The notes beneath the pieces were generated by a model. The model had not been told where the DNA came from. It ran no database searches and was given only the letters and a program-made list of their open reading frames with translations. Position numbers and translations under genes: made by a program. DNA of 64,000 bases, taken from NCBI GenBank assembly GCA_043228905.1, contig JBHGNT010000001.1, positions 19,344,001 to 19,408,000 of the forward strand. The letters are read 5' to 3'. Positions 37,598 to 49,910 of this stretch are shown piece after piece. This DNA comes from Azolla caroliniana (Eukaryota; Plantae; Polypodiophyta). Positions within the stretch are counted from its first letter, which is position 1. The number at the start of each line of letters is the position of its first letter.

Positions 37598-38289
37598 CTT
37601 CTGCTCCTCTGCCGCCTATTTCACGTCGGGTTCACCAAAGATGTCGCGTTACTACGCGCGTGCGTGGAGAAACGAGGCGGGACCACCGGGGTCTTGAACC
37701 GAAGAGCAGGTGATAGAAGGGGAAAGAGAAGGAGAGAGACGCCTAGTCACGTATGAGCAAAGAAACACAGGGGCGTGGCCCGTCAACACAGAAAACGCGA
37801 ATGGACACAGAGACAGGGAGAGACAAATGTTTGTATATTAACGAATAACAAGTACACAGCAGAACACGCGAGCGGCTATGACCGAACAGGCCGACGAACA
37901 GATGCCGATGCCTGTTCGTCTGCGCACGAAATGGGGATAGGATGGAGGTGCTGCCGGAAGCACACGGGCGTTCCTCGAAGCAGCGCGAGCCTCCCGAAAC
38001 CTGCAGAGAAGAGCAACAGAGAACAGATAGAGGAGAAGCGTTCGGTTCCGGTCCGACAGCACTTCGTCCTCCTAAATGCGCGATCCCTTCTCCCTGCGTC
38101 TCCCTCTCCTTTATAGCGTCAAGAAGGGAGCCGTCTCCCTCATTTACTTCCTACCTACCGAATCTAACTACCCCGGATCTCTCTCTGTTCCTAATTCTCT
38201 ATTATACACATTAAGAGCGCGCACACGTGAAGGGCCGGTTCATGTGCGCTATTCACCGATTGCGCCAGGGGACGGTTTTCTTCACGACA

Positions 38290-40463
38290 ACGCGTTCCGG
38301 CAAGGTGATGTTGAGGAGCAGGTGTACATGGTACATCCCCCCGGATTTTTATTCGAAGAAAACACCTCGGCAGTTTGCCGATTGAAGAAGTCCTTATACG
38401 GACTAAAGCAAGCCCCGAGAGCTTGGAACACAAAGATTACGTAACAATTGCATAAGATGGGGTTTGCGCCGTCGAAATCAGACTATTCTCTATTTGCTCG
38501 GCAAGGTCAATATGGTCCGATCAGCCTGCTCTTTTACGTTGATGATTTAGTTGTCGCCGGTGCCGATCTAGAAGAAATCCGCCGCGTAAAGTCTCAACTT
38601 GCAGCATCATTCAAAATGAAGGATCTCAGAGACCTTCATTACTTCTTCGGGATCGAAGTGATCCGCAACCCCGAAGGAATATTGATCAGTCAACGTCATT
38701 ACGCGCTGAATATGCTCTTCCAGTTCGGGATGGCAAATTGTAAGCCCATCTCGATCCCTCTGGATAGAATCGCAAAGCTTCGCCGAGATTCGGGGAAGGC
38801 GTGCGACCCGACACGGTTCCGACAGATTGTTGGAAGCCTTATCTATCTTACGATTACTCGGCCGGATCTTAGCTATCCAGTCGTCATAATCGGTCAATTC
38901 ATGTCACAGCCTACGGCCGAACACTTTCAGTGCGCGCAAAGGATATTGCGATATGTAAGCGGCACGAAAGACATAGCGTTGCTATATCGAGCAAGTGTAG
39001 CCGAATAGTTAGTCGGCTACACGGATGCCGATTGGGCCGGATACGCCAGTGATCATATATCCACATCTGGATATGCCTTCTCGTTAGGAAGTGTGGCGAT
39101 CGCATGGAGCAGCAAAAAGCAGTTGAGAGTAGCACTGTCGAGCATGGAGGCTGAATATCGAGGGGCAACTATCGCTATGTGTGAAGTTATTTGGCTGAAA
39201 CAACTATTACTAGATCTGCAGGTAGAGGTGTCTGATCTGACGACAATCTATTGTGACAACCTCAATAGTATCCACCTTGCGAAAAACCCCGTGTTCCACG
39301 CCCAGACCAAGCACATTGAGGTGCATTACCATTTTGTCCGCAAGCGGGTCCTTTTAGGAGAAGTCGAATTGGTGCATGTTTTGACTGATCAGCAAATTGC
39401 CGACATCTTCACAAAACCTCTTGGTCTCGACAAGTTACGACATTTCTTGGGTGCGCTTGGGTTGCATCACCTCGACACACCGAACTTGAAGGGGAGAAAG
39501 GAAGAACTGGGACAAGAGCGTGAAAGGAGCAGAGGTAAGCATCACGGCGTAAGTGATCGAGATGCGGAGTCGGATGGAGAATTTGACTTCGAACTGGCTG
39601 AAGAAGCTAAAGACGGAAGCAAGGGCAAGGGCCTTAAGCACAAGAAGGAGCTGAGGATAGCCGAAACAGGGGGATATAAGGCCAAGACTAAGATGTGGTT
39701 TGATGTAGTCAAAGGCCTAAAGACAAGACATGAATTGGAGACAACCAATTTGGATGAGAGCGGAATTGAATCGGAAGTGTTCGATTCAATTGAAATGTTT
39801 GATTTGGATACGCTGAATCAACTGAAGGCCATGCCGAGAAAAGGGCTGCGAAGGACGCGCCGACACCGCGATAGCAAGGGATCTGAGAAGGGCCAAATGA
39901 GCAGACAAGATGACCGGAAGGGTCAAAGCATGCGGAATCGAACAGGTCGAGGAGCGCGAGCGAGGCATGAAGCCAAAAGGAACTGGAGCGTAGATCCAGT
40001 GGAGCAAGTGGAACCTCAAGTTGAGCTTGAGGGGGAGTGTTGAGATACAAGGTCAACATTCGGTGCGAAGTACGCAACGTAACCCAGTGCGTAGACTGGG
40101 TGCGTGAAAAAGTACGCACAACAGGGCCGCATCGGTGTGAAAACCGAAGAGGCCGTTAGAGCCTTATTCCATGTAAAGGAATAATTTTGGGAGTTTGTGT
40201 AGTCGGTTCATTTATGAGCATTCAAGTACTGTCAGTACTTGTGTCAGCCCGATTGTCAGGGCTTGTATATAAGGTGCTCACTGAGCATGAAGTATGTACT
40301 AAACAGAGAGTCATTATTTTTTAATCTGAGCTTTCTGTTGTTTGCTCTCCCTCTCCCTCTCCATCTCCCTCTCTATGTTTTCTGTGTTTTACCAAACTGT
40401 CTTATTCCTCGAACTATGTATTGTGTGTTTACGTACATACTTCCGCACAACGTATTCTTTACA
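38290..40463 (+). mobile_element. Copia G 3' half (family of B): RT, RNase H, extension and 3' LTR
   Basis: [24 protein letters not shown]; PPT gagggggag; LTR 40038-40463 homologous to the B LTRs. Confidence 0.9.
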
Positions 40464-40465
40464 AG

Positions 40466-40551
40466 TGGTAGCCAACTCGGTCGCTCGATTCGGAATAGCC
40501 CTCGTGCCACTACAACCTCCCATCCGCAACCAGCCACCGAGTTGGCTACCA
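40466..40551. repeat. 86-nt inverted repeat, 16-bp perfect arms
   Basis: tggtagccaactcggt (40466-81) / accgagttggctacca (40536-51), with imperfect inward extension. Confidence 0.85.
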
Positions 40552-41305
40552 GATAGATGCTAAAATATCCTGAGTAAGAAGTAGAATACTAGAAGCAAAA
40601 CTCTCAAACCCTAAAATCCTAAGTCCTCTAGTATGTTGAGGAGAAAAGAAGAAGCTCTCAAACCCTAAACCTAGAAGAAGACGAGAACATGAAACCTTAA
40701 TGGTACAGCCCTAGAAGACAAAATGGGCGACCCCCTAATAAGCCCTATTCCTCCCCTCTTATAGGGGATAGAGGCACCTATATTAACATTACAATGGGTT
40801 GGATGTGAATATGAAGGATTGTTTATAAAGGAAAAGAAGAGACTAGAATATAGAAGGAGTTTCTTTGTTGATGATGCCTCTTGATGTTGTTGACTAGAAT
40901 AGGCTCTTATTTATAGGTTTAGGATTGCTTGCCTTTTTCCCCTAAAAAACACCTTGTCTATATGAGTCGACTTTTCTTTTCCTCACTATTTCTGTTTTCT
41001 AGCCCCAAATTTCACACGCTCTTTGGGTTAGGTTTCTTAAGCATCTTTTCTTTTCTAATTTGGACATCTGACGAGGAAATTATGAGCTTTTGTCTCTACT
41101 GTGCTCCTCATATCCACGCGTGCTTCTTCTTCTTTTTTCTCTCTCCGCATCTTTTTCTCTACTTTTGTCTACTTTCAAAACTGCTTCTAACTTTTTATCC
41201 TTTCATTTATTACTATAGTTGATTTAACAACATTAGTTTATTTGGACTACTATTTTATTCTCTTTTGAGAGTGGTTTCGCAGTATGTGTCGAAAACATCA
41301 CGACA
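40552..41305. mobile_element. Probable LTR fragment ending in catcacgaca
   Basis: AT-rich non-coding block with ctcttatttatag and aaaccctaa motifs; its cacgaca end abuts a cut RT. Confidence 0.45.
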
Positions 41306-42327
41306 CCATAAACCACCGATTTGAGTAAGGGGCGCTCGATAGCTCGAGGATACCCATCTTGACCTTTTGCTTCAGTAGCTTCATCAACTTTGGGATGTGA
41401 GCTCTTGGTACCTGAATCGCCTTGAGACTCCACGGCACCTGCGGTACCGTGAAGATTACCATTGGCTCCACGATCATCGGGTCGACGGACCCGATTTCCC
41501 CCGATGAGAATGCAAAGCCTTTCCCATGCCTTTCGAGCATGCTCTGAAACTGGTCCTCCTCCGCTAGCAGCAAGAAGCCAGCCCCACCAATCTTCAGCTC
41601 TCGTAACGTCTCGTCGGTGAACTGGTGCCCTATGTCTACTGGATTCCGCAAACTTGGGTCTGACGCGACCCCCTTTATCCACTCCCAGTTGTCCTCCGGT
41701 AAGGGAGCCGCGACTGGTCTCACCTTTCGGTCCACAGTCTTGTACTTGGTATCGACTAGGGCCGTCCTATCCGACCCAACCATTTTCCCAAAGTCTGCGA
41801 TGACTTCATACATCTCTACCAAATTGACCGGAATTTCCCGATCTTCACTTACACCTTCGGCTGCCCTTACTATTTCTCCAAGCGTGTCGTCGAATGAGAC
41901 CGCCTCCATGATGCCACTAATCTCGTCATCGATGTTGAGAGCTCCGCTCACTCTCAAGCGCCTGTCGGCATGTTTCTTCTCTCGGCCGTTGATGCCAGTT
42001 ATGGTACAATGTCCGTTGTCGGAGAGCCAAAATTTCCTACCTATAGTACAGGTGTGGGGTTTGTTCCATTTGTTCGGACTATCACAACCCCACGCCTTGA
42101 TAGCCCTTTCTAAAAGTCCTCTCAGCCGTCTTTGCCGAGAGTGTCCCTATTACACACATGGTTCTGTCGTACTTTCAGGAACTGAATGGAGTGACGACCG
42201 TCCTGACTCTTCACCCTCGCCTAGGCCAAACCATTGTCCAGCAGTTTGGTTTCCATTCGCGCCGCTGTGATATATGGCTCACCAAGGATGACCGGATGTC
42301 TCTTGCACGAAAAAGTGCTCGTCTATT
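41306..42327 (-). pseudogene. pol: Gypsy E-family PR-RT linker and RT start
   Basis: TKYKTVDRKVRPV, GKGFAFSSGEIG, PYSNRWF; paralogous to ~29170-30230. Confidence 0.85.
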
Positions 42328-42662
42328 TGTTGAGCGGCAAGCTCAACCGAAGCTGGATCGGCTGAATAAGCCTGAGCCGATAAGCGAGATGAATCGGTAT
42401 GCCGGCGAGCAACCGAGCTGGTAAGCAGTAAGGAGCGGTGAGCTGGGGAGCCAGTATGCCGGATCCAATCTGTAACCGGAAGCCTAGTATAGGTTAGACT
42501 ACTAGGCAGTTATAGTCTCGTAGTTAGTTTCAGATGCTTGTGTGAGCATTGAAGTACACTGTACTTCTAATAGTCCCGTGTGGACTTGTATAAATAGCGC
42601 TGATGAGCGCGTTGTAGATACAGAGCACAGAGTATTCATATAATTTTGGAAAATAGTGTGTC

Positions 42663-42708
<46 letters not shown>

Positions 42709-45700
42709 GCGTACTCTCTCTCTCTCTTTGTGTATTGTTCTTTCTAACGCTTCCGCAAGCAATCTTTAACATGGTATCAGAGCGCGTGGGTTGAGAACCT
42801 CTGATGCAGACATCTACGCTTGTGAAGGAAACCCTAACAGATCGGAAAACAAACAGAAAAGGAGAAATGGACAGAGGTATGGCTACGTCGCTCCCGGTGG
42901 AGAAGCTCGACAGAACCAACTACGCATCTTGGTCATACAAGATGCACCACTACCTGCTTGGGCATGGCTACTAGAGTTATGTCGACGGAGTGAACAACTC
43001 AGCACCGGAGACGACACACAAGGACTTCCTAGTGTGGGAACAGGTGGCAAAGCAGGGTGATGTATTGCTTCGCGTCCAGTGTCGGTGACCAGCTGCTCAA
43101 CCATATCTGTGACGCCAAGACACCGAAGGATGCTTGGGGAAACTTGAAAAAGGTCTTTGCCGCAAGCACCACTGCCCGGAAGCTGCAACTCAGACAGGAG
43201 TTGAGCAATGTTCGACAGAAGAACATGTCGGTGGCAGATTACACAGCCCAGATCAAACGGATCTGTGACTCACTTGCCTCTATTAACGTCACCGTAGAGG
43301 AAGACGAGATGGTGCAGGTCTGTCTTGGAGGCTTCGCGTCCAAGTTTGGAGCTTTCCGGACTGCGGTTTGTATAAGGGAGAATATGCCCTCATTTTTCGA
43401 CTTACAATCGATGCTCCTTGTAGAGGAGAACCACGCCGGTGCATCTACCAGTGCATCCCCAGACAGCCGGATGCTGTACACGGGAGCGGATCGGTCCCGC
43501 GGGCGTGGTGGACGAGGCAGGTTGGCACGCAATGGAAGCGGCCGACAAGAGCAGGAACGAAGGCACAGTGAGCGTGCCGACAACAGTTTCGGGACTTCCA
43601 CAAGCAGAGGGAGTCAAGGTGGTGCCGGAGGCCGGCAAGACAAATCCACTATGGAATGCTGGTACTATGGCAAAAAGGGCCATAGGGAAAGCGAGTGCTA
43701 GAGAAAGCGTGCTGATTCGGACAAATCCGGATCTGGCAAGACCGGTAAGGAAGGTCAGCAAAGCTCGCACTACGCAAACGGATCGGGAGGATCCAAGAGC
43801 GGTAAGGGGCCAGCCTTGGTGATGAAGCACAAGGCAAACTCAATGAAGAAGAGCACTTTCAAATCAGAGGAAGTGTGGTAAGTTGACTCCAGCGCATCGA
43901 ACCACATGACGAGCCACGAGGAGTGGTTCTCCTTTTTGGAGAAGTCGGATCAACCGGGAGTTGTCGAAACCGGAGACGACACTCCCCACCCGATCGTGCA
44001 CGTCGGAGAAGTCCCTTTGAGCCACGTCGGACAGAGGGGGAAGCTGATGAATGTATTATATGTTCTGACGATCATGAAGAACTTGGTGTCAGTCTGACAG
44101 ATCGTCGACCAGGGGATGCAGGTGTGGTTTACGCACCTTGGGTGCTTCATTGAGGATGAGGGCAAAGTTATTGCGCAAGGGCGCAGAGATGGGAGGATGT
44201 TTATCCTCAACACCAATGACGTCGGCACCGCACTGTTCGCCAAAGGACAAAAGGTCGAGTTGGATATCGACCTGTGGCACAAGCGGATCGGCCACATCAA
44301 CTACTTGAGGCTTCAAGACCTGCAAACGGAACAAGTCGTTTTCGGTTTGCTGAAGTTTAGCGGCCGGAGAGCCCTGATTTGTGAAGCCTGCCAACTCGGG
44401 AAGCAACACCGGCTTCCATTCTCCACTGAAAGAAATCGAAGCCGTAACAAGCTCGATCTTATCCATTCGGATGTGTGGGGATCGGCACAAACTGTTAGCA
44501 TTGGCGGGAGTCGATATTTCGTCTCCTTCATTGATCTACCTCATTGAGCGGAAGAGCGAAGTCTTCGAGTGTTTCCGGAGCCTCCAGAAGATGGTGGAAC
44601 GGGAATCAGAGAGGAAGGCTAGATCAAATGCCTATGGTCGGATGGCGGAAAAGAGTACTTTTCTGGCCAATTCAACAGCTATCTGCAACAAAAAGGAATT
44701 CGGTGAGAATTCAGCTGCAGATACACGCCGCAACAGAACGGTGTGGCCGAAAGGAAGAATCGGTCGTTGATTGACGCGGCTAGGGCAATGCTGGAGGAAA
44801 AGAGCATGCCCAAGTTCTACTGGGCGGAGGTGGTCCAAATGGCCGTTTACATCCAGAACCGGATCGGGGACAAGGTGTGAACTCACGAGCTGTATTTCGA
44901 GCGCAAGCCGAATTTGAGACACCTCCGGATATTCGGCAACATAGCCTATGTACATGTGCCGGATGAGAAGCGGAGAAAGCTTCATGCAAAATCGGAAAAA
45001 TGCATCCTAGTCGGCTATGCTCAAGAGCAAAAGGGGGTATAAGTGTTATAACCCCCGGACGAAGCAGGTCCGAGTCAGCCGAGATGTCGAGTTTGATGAA
45101 TTGGCATCGTGGTATTCCTTACCAACTCCGACTTCCGATCCCGACCCAATGTCAGAGGATGGGGCTAGTGAGCCTGAACCGGCCTAGGTAGAGAAAGATG
45201 AAGCCGGGACTCAAGATGAGAGTCCGGAATCGTTCCGATTAAGCGTACCGAATGAGAGACTGGATCAGTCCAACCAGTTGGATGATGAGACGGTGAGTAG
45301 TGGAGACTCTGTCGTGCTCTCCCCGCGCATGGAACCGAGGAGACGATTCACACGCAAAGAGAAAGGGAAGCAGAAGATGCCGGAATTCGAAACCGGCAAT
45401 GATGAGTCGGATCGGTACGTATCTGACTTCGGCAAGGACATAGGCAGATCTTCGGGAACGAAGACCGAACCGGCCAAGAAGGGTCTCATACCGGGTAACG
45501 GTGAGTTACGCCGGTCCACCTGCCAGAAGGATCCCGTTAAACGGTACGGGTATAACGAGTACATGGCGCATCATTATGCATACATGAGGAAGGTCGCGGA
45601 AGTGCGTGAGTCGGAGAGCTACACAGAAGCGGCAAAGGACACAAATTGGCGTGCCGCTATGGAGGAAGAAATGCGGGCACTGGATGGCAACGGAACTTGG

Positions 45701-47027
45701 GACCTGGTTGACCCTCCCCGTCACTGTAAACCGATTGGATGCAAGTGGGTGTACAAGGTAAAGTACAATGCTGACGGTACAGTTAACCGGTACAAGGCCC
45801 GGTTAGTGGCGAAGGGATATGTGCAGACCCACGGAATCGACTACGACGAGATCTTCGCTCCTGTAGCGAAGATGACGACGGTTCGTGTGGTATTGGCGGT
45901 TGTTGCGGCAAGAGGGTGGCATCTTCACCAGATGGATGTGAAGAATGCCTTGCTTCAAGGAGATCTTGAAGAAGAAGTCTTTATGACTCAGCCCCCCGGA
46001 TTTCAGTCGGAGGCGAACAAGTCGGCGGTATGCCGGTTGAGGAAGTCGTTGTACGTCTTGAAGCAAGCCCCCCGTGCTTGGAATGCTAAGATCATGCACC
46101 GGTTGCGAAAGATGGGGTTTGTTGCCTCTAAGTCAAACTCTTCCCTGTTCATCCGTCAAGGCTCAAACGTTCTGGTATGTATCTTACTCTATGTTGATGA
46201 TTTAGTAATCACCGGCCCAGATCTTCCGAAAATCAACCGCGTCAAGTCCCAATTGTCGGACGCATTTGATATGAAGGACTTGGAGGACCTTCATTATTTT
46301 TTGGGGATCGAGGTGATCCGCACCCCCGACGGAATATTGCTTTCCCAACGCCATTATGTGTTGAATATACTGTACAAGTTCGGCATGACGGAATGCCTAC
46401 CTGTCTGCACACCCCTAGACCGGAATCAGAAGATCCGTCCCAACTCTGGACCAGCCTGCGATGACAAAAGGTTCCGACAAATAGTCGTAAGCCTGATCTA
46501 CTAGACCATCACCCGACCCGACATTAGCTATCCGGTCAGAGTGGTAAGCCAATTCATGCAGAAGCCGACCGTGGAGCACCTTCAGTGCGTGCAACGAATA
46601 CTAAGGTATGTAAGCAGCACTAAGGACCGGGGGCTCTTATACCGGCAAGGTATAACCAAAGAGCTTGTCGGCTACACGGATGCCGATTGGGCTGGCGATG
46701 CAACAGATCGCCGCTTAACTTCCGGCTTTATGTTTTCTCTTGGGAGCGTGGTTGTTGCGTGGAGCAACAAAAAGCAGCCAACAGTGGTTCTATCCAACAT
46801 TGAGGCTGAATACCGGGGCGCGACCATTGCCACCTGCGAAGCCATTTGGCTTCAGCGACTACTACAAGACCTGCGGATCAAGGTACCGACCCCGATCCTG
46901 ATCTACTGCGATAACCTCAGCAACATGCAACTCGCCAAGAACCCTGTGTTCCATGGTCGCACAAAGCAAATAGAAGTGCATTATCACTTCGTGCATGAGC
47001 GGGTCCTGAGCGGTGAAGTTGAACTAT
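42328..47027 (+). mobile_element. Copia I (B-related): 5' LTR, PBS and decayed gag-pol, 3' end lost
   Basis: LTR 42328-42771; PBS tggtatcagagc from 42772; gag ATG near 42868; INT, RT and RNase H motifs to ...VLSGEVEL. Confidence 0.9.
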
Positions 47028-48846
47028 GGTAGAGCAACTAGACGTGAAGACAGCGTTCCTTCATGACAACCTCGAAGAAGAGATCTACATGCAACCGAAA
47101 GGATTTGTGAAGAAAGGGAAGGAGCACCTAGTATGCCGGTTGAGGAAGAACCTCTACAATTTGAAGCAGGCTCCCTGACAACGGTACCGGAAGTTTGACT
47201 CCTTCATGACTGATCAAGGGTACCACAAGACGCAAGCCGATCACTGCATATTTGTGAAGAAATTCGACAGAGGAGACTTCTTGATACTCCTCCTGTACGT
47301 GGACGACATGTTGATCATCGGACGAGACCAAGTCAAGATAAGGATGCTGAAGAAGGCTCTGAACCAGACCTTCTCAATGAAAGACTTGGGTCCGGCAAGA
47401 CAGATACTGGGGATGCATATCATCCGGGACCGCTCAGCGAAACAACTATGGCTATCACAAGAGAAGTACGTGACAAAGGTGCTTCAGTAGTTCAACATGT
47501 CAAATGCAAAACCGGTCGGATTCACCCTCCCGGCAAACTGCAGGTTCTCCGGTAAGCAAAGCCCAAAGACGAAGGCAGAGAAGGCAGATATGATGAAGAT
47601 ACCATATGCCTCTACCATCAAGAGCTTAATGTACGCAATGGTGTTTACCCGACCGGATATCGGATACGCAGTCGGAGTGGTGAGCCGGTTTATGAGCAAT
47701 CCCGGCAAGGAGCGTTGGAATGCGGTAAAATGGATACTCCGGTACTTGAAAGGCACCTCATGTATGTGCCTCCGATTCGGCTCCGGTAAACCCCAACTTG
47801 ACGGTTTCACCGATTCAGATATGTCAGCTGATGCGGATACCAGCTGGTCAACATCGGGATATGGTATGACATATGCAGGGGGATTTGTTTCATGGTAGTC
47901 GAGGCCACAGAAGACGGTTGTGTTGTCAACCATGGAGGCAGAGTACATGGTGGTTGTGGAAGCCGGCAAGGAAATACTATGGATGAAGGACTTCATCGAA
48001 GAGCTAGGGATCTAGCAAGAGGAATACCGGCTCTATTGCGACAGTCAAAGTGTCATCCACCTTGCGAAGAACGCAGCGTATCATTCCAGGACAAAGCACA
48101 TCCAGCGCAGGTACCACTAGATCTGGGAGCAAGTGGAAGATCGAGAGTTCGTGCTAACGAAGATCCACACAGAGGAGAATGGGTCAGATATGCTGACCAA
48201 GGTGCTGACGCCCGACAAGCTGGACACATGCTGGAAGCGAATTGGACTAACCAGACATCCCATGCCGGAGTGAAGGGGGAGTTTGTTAGGATTTCAGTCC
48301 CTCCGGATGGGATGATGAAGGCCCGGTGAGAACCGGATGACGTAGGCTTGGTGAGAACCTCTCACTGGATGAAGGGAAATAGATGTAAATATGTTTCTGT
48401 TAGCCCATTGTGGCTATATCTATAAATAGCCCGAAAGTCATATTAGTATAAATATGACCTAGGGAAAACATGGGTTAGAAGGTTGTAGAACAGAGTGTTG
48501 TCATCGTTGTTGTATAGTGTTATTGTGTGTACATAGTGTAGTAGAGGGAAAGAGAGAGTGAGAGTGAGAGAGTGAGTCTCTGCTGTAACCGCCGCCAGAC
48601 GAAGATTGTGAGCACGAGGTCGTTGCCTTTGTGTTCCCTTGTTGTATTCCTCTTTGACATAGTGACAACTTGGAGTTTGTGGACTCCCCTGGTTTTTCCC
48701 GTTTAGGGTTTTCCACGTTAACATCCTGTGTACTCTATCTTGCTCTATTGTTTGTGTGTATACGTGCATTTCTCCCTATTCCTATCTTTCTGTGGTTGAT
48801 TCTAAGAATCGGTTGTGGCTGAGCAATATTCCGCATATTCTTGTCA
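47028..48846 (+). mobile_element. Copia J (family of A) 3' half: RT, RNase H and 3' LTR
   Basis: [10 protein letters not shown]..., YVDD, KHIQRRYH; PPT agtgaagggggagtt; LTR 48284-48846. Confidence 0.88.
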
Positions 48847-49803
48847 CGTAACACCCTTCTTCACAAATTATGGGTTTCACCCACGCTTTAGCATAGCTAT
48901 CCCTATTGGTTCTGTGAATCCACCTGCTGAAGAATGAGCTCGTCTATTGAAAGAACTGCTCTCCATTGCTCAGGAATGACACAAAGAGAAGGTTGATCAA
49001 CATCGATGGGCTACACCTGGTTTTAAAGTCGGTGACATGGTCTGTCTATTGTGTGAGAATATTCCAGCAACTCGCCCATGCAACAAACTTGATTACAAAA
49101 TGTTGGGTCCATTCCGCATCATTGATAAAGTCAACCCAATGGCTTTCCGTCTTGCTCTTCCATCACACTACTGAATTCAGAATGTCTTCCATGCATCACT
49201 TCTTGAGCTCTATCATCCATCCTTAATTCCAGGAAGAAGCATCGAGCCACTACCCCCTGTGGCTTTGGCGACCAGGGATAAGTATGAAGTCGAGACCATT
49301 CTGGATTCACGGAAGAGCCGTTGAAAGCTCTAGTATCTTGTATTATGGAAAGGATATCTCAGCTCTGAGGCTACATGGGAGCCCACTAGAAATTTACTAA
49401 ATGCCCCAAAAGTGGTTCATGATTTTCATGTCCGATATCCTTACAAACCCGCACCTTCATGAAGTCGGCACTTAAGGGGAGGATAATGTCATGAACATCG
49501 ACTCGAATGTCGAGCTTAGGCCCTTGTATATATATATTTCTCCTAGACAAACTTTATACTTCAAACCTTTGTATAAAGAATGGTATGTAGGACTCAATAT
49601 GTACGACCCAGTATGTAAGACTTGGCATGAGCATGCTTATCATGCATCACTACATGAATAAAAAGGGTTGATCTACCTTGTTAACATCAAGGAGATCAAC
49701 ACCAGTCATGGAATAGATATTTTTACTCATTGTCATCAAGTTCTCGATCTCCCTATCTCATCAACTTCCCCATCTCTTTATCTCCAATTGTTCATCCGTG
49801 ACA
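48847..49803 (+). mobile_element. Chromovirus 3' fragment: integrase end, chromodomain and LTR
   Basis: YEVETILDSRK...YLVLWKGY..SEATWEP at ~49280-49450; PPT aaggggaggataa; LTR 49487-49803 (tgtca...tgaca). Confidence 0.8.
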
Positions 49804-49910
49804 GTAAGGGATGACCTTTCCATTATTCTCCTCCACCTGTGTGACCATTAAAGCACCTATTAAAGCCTAACTTCCTAGTAATCACCAAACTCCTACTGTT
49901 ACTTAGTATT

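Larger units (their letters stand above)
25971..38289 (-). mobile_element. Ty3/gypsy element E (tRNA-Trp PBS), interrupted by copia H
   Basis: 5' LTR 37642-38289; truncated 3' LTR 25971-26434; PBS 37620-37637; PPT gttaggtgggggcgga next to 26435. Confidence 0.9.

Noticed and set aside
40600-40700. Telomeric repeats (aaaccctaa)
   Set aside because: Scattered single telo-box-like words in an LTR-like block, not an array
42600-42625. Second hammerhead core (ctgatga)
   Set aside because: No stem II or GAAA follows
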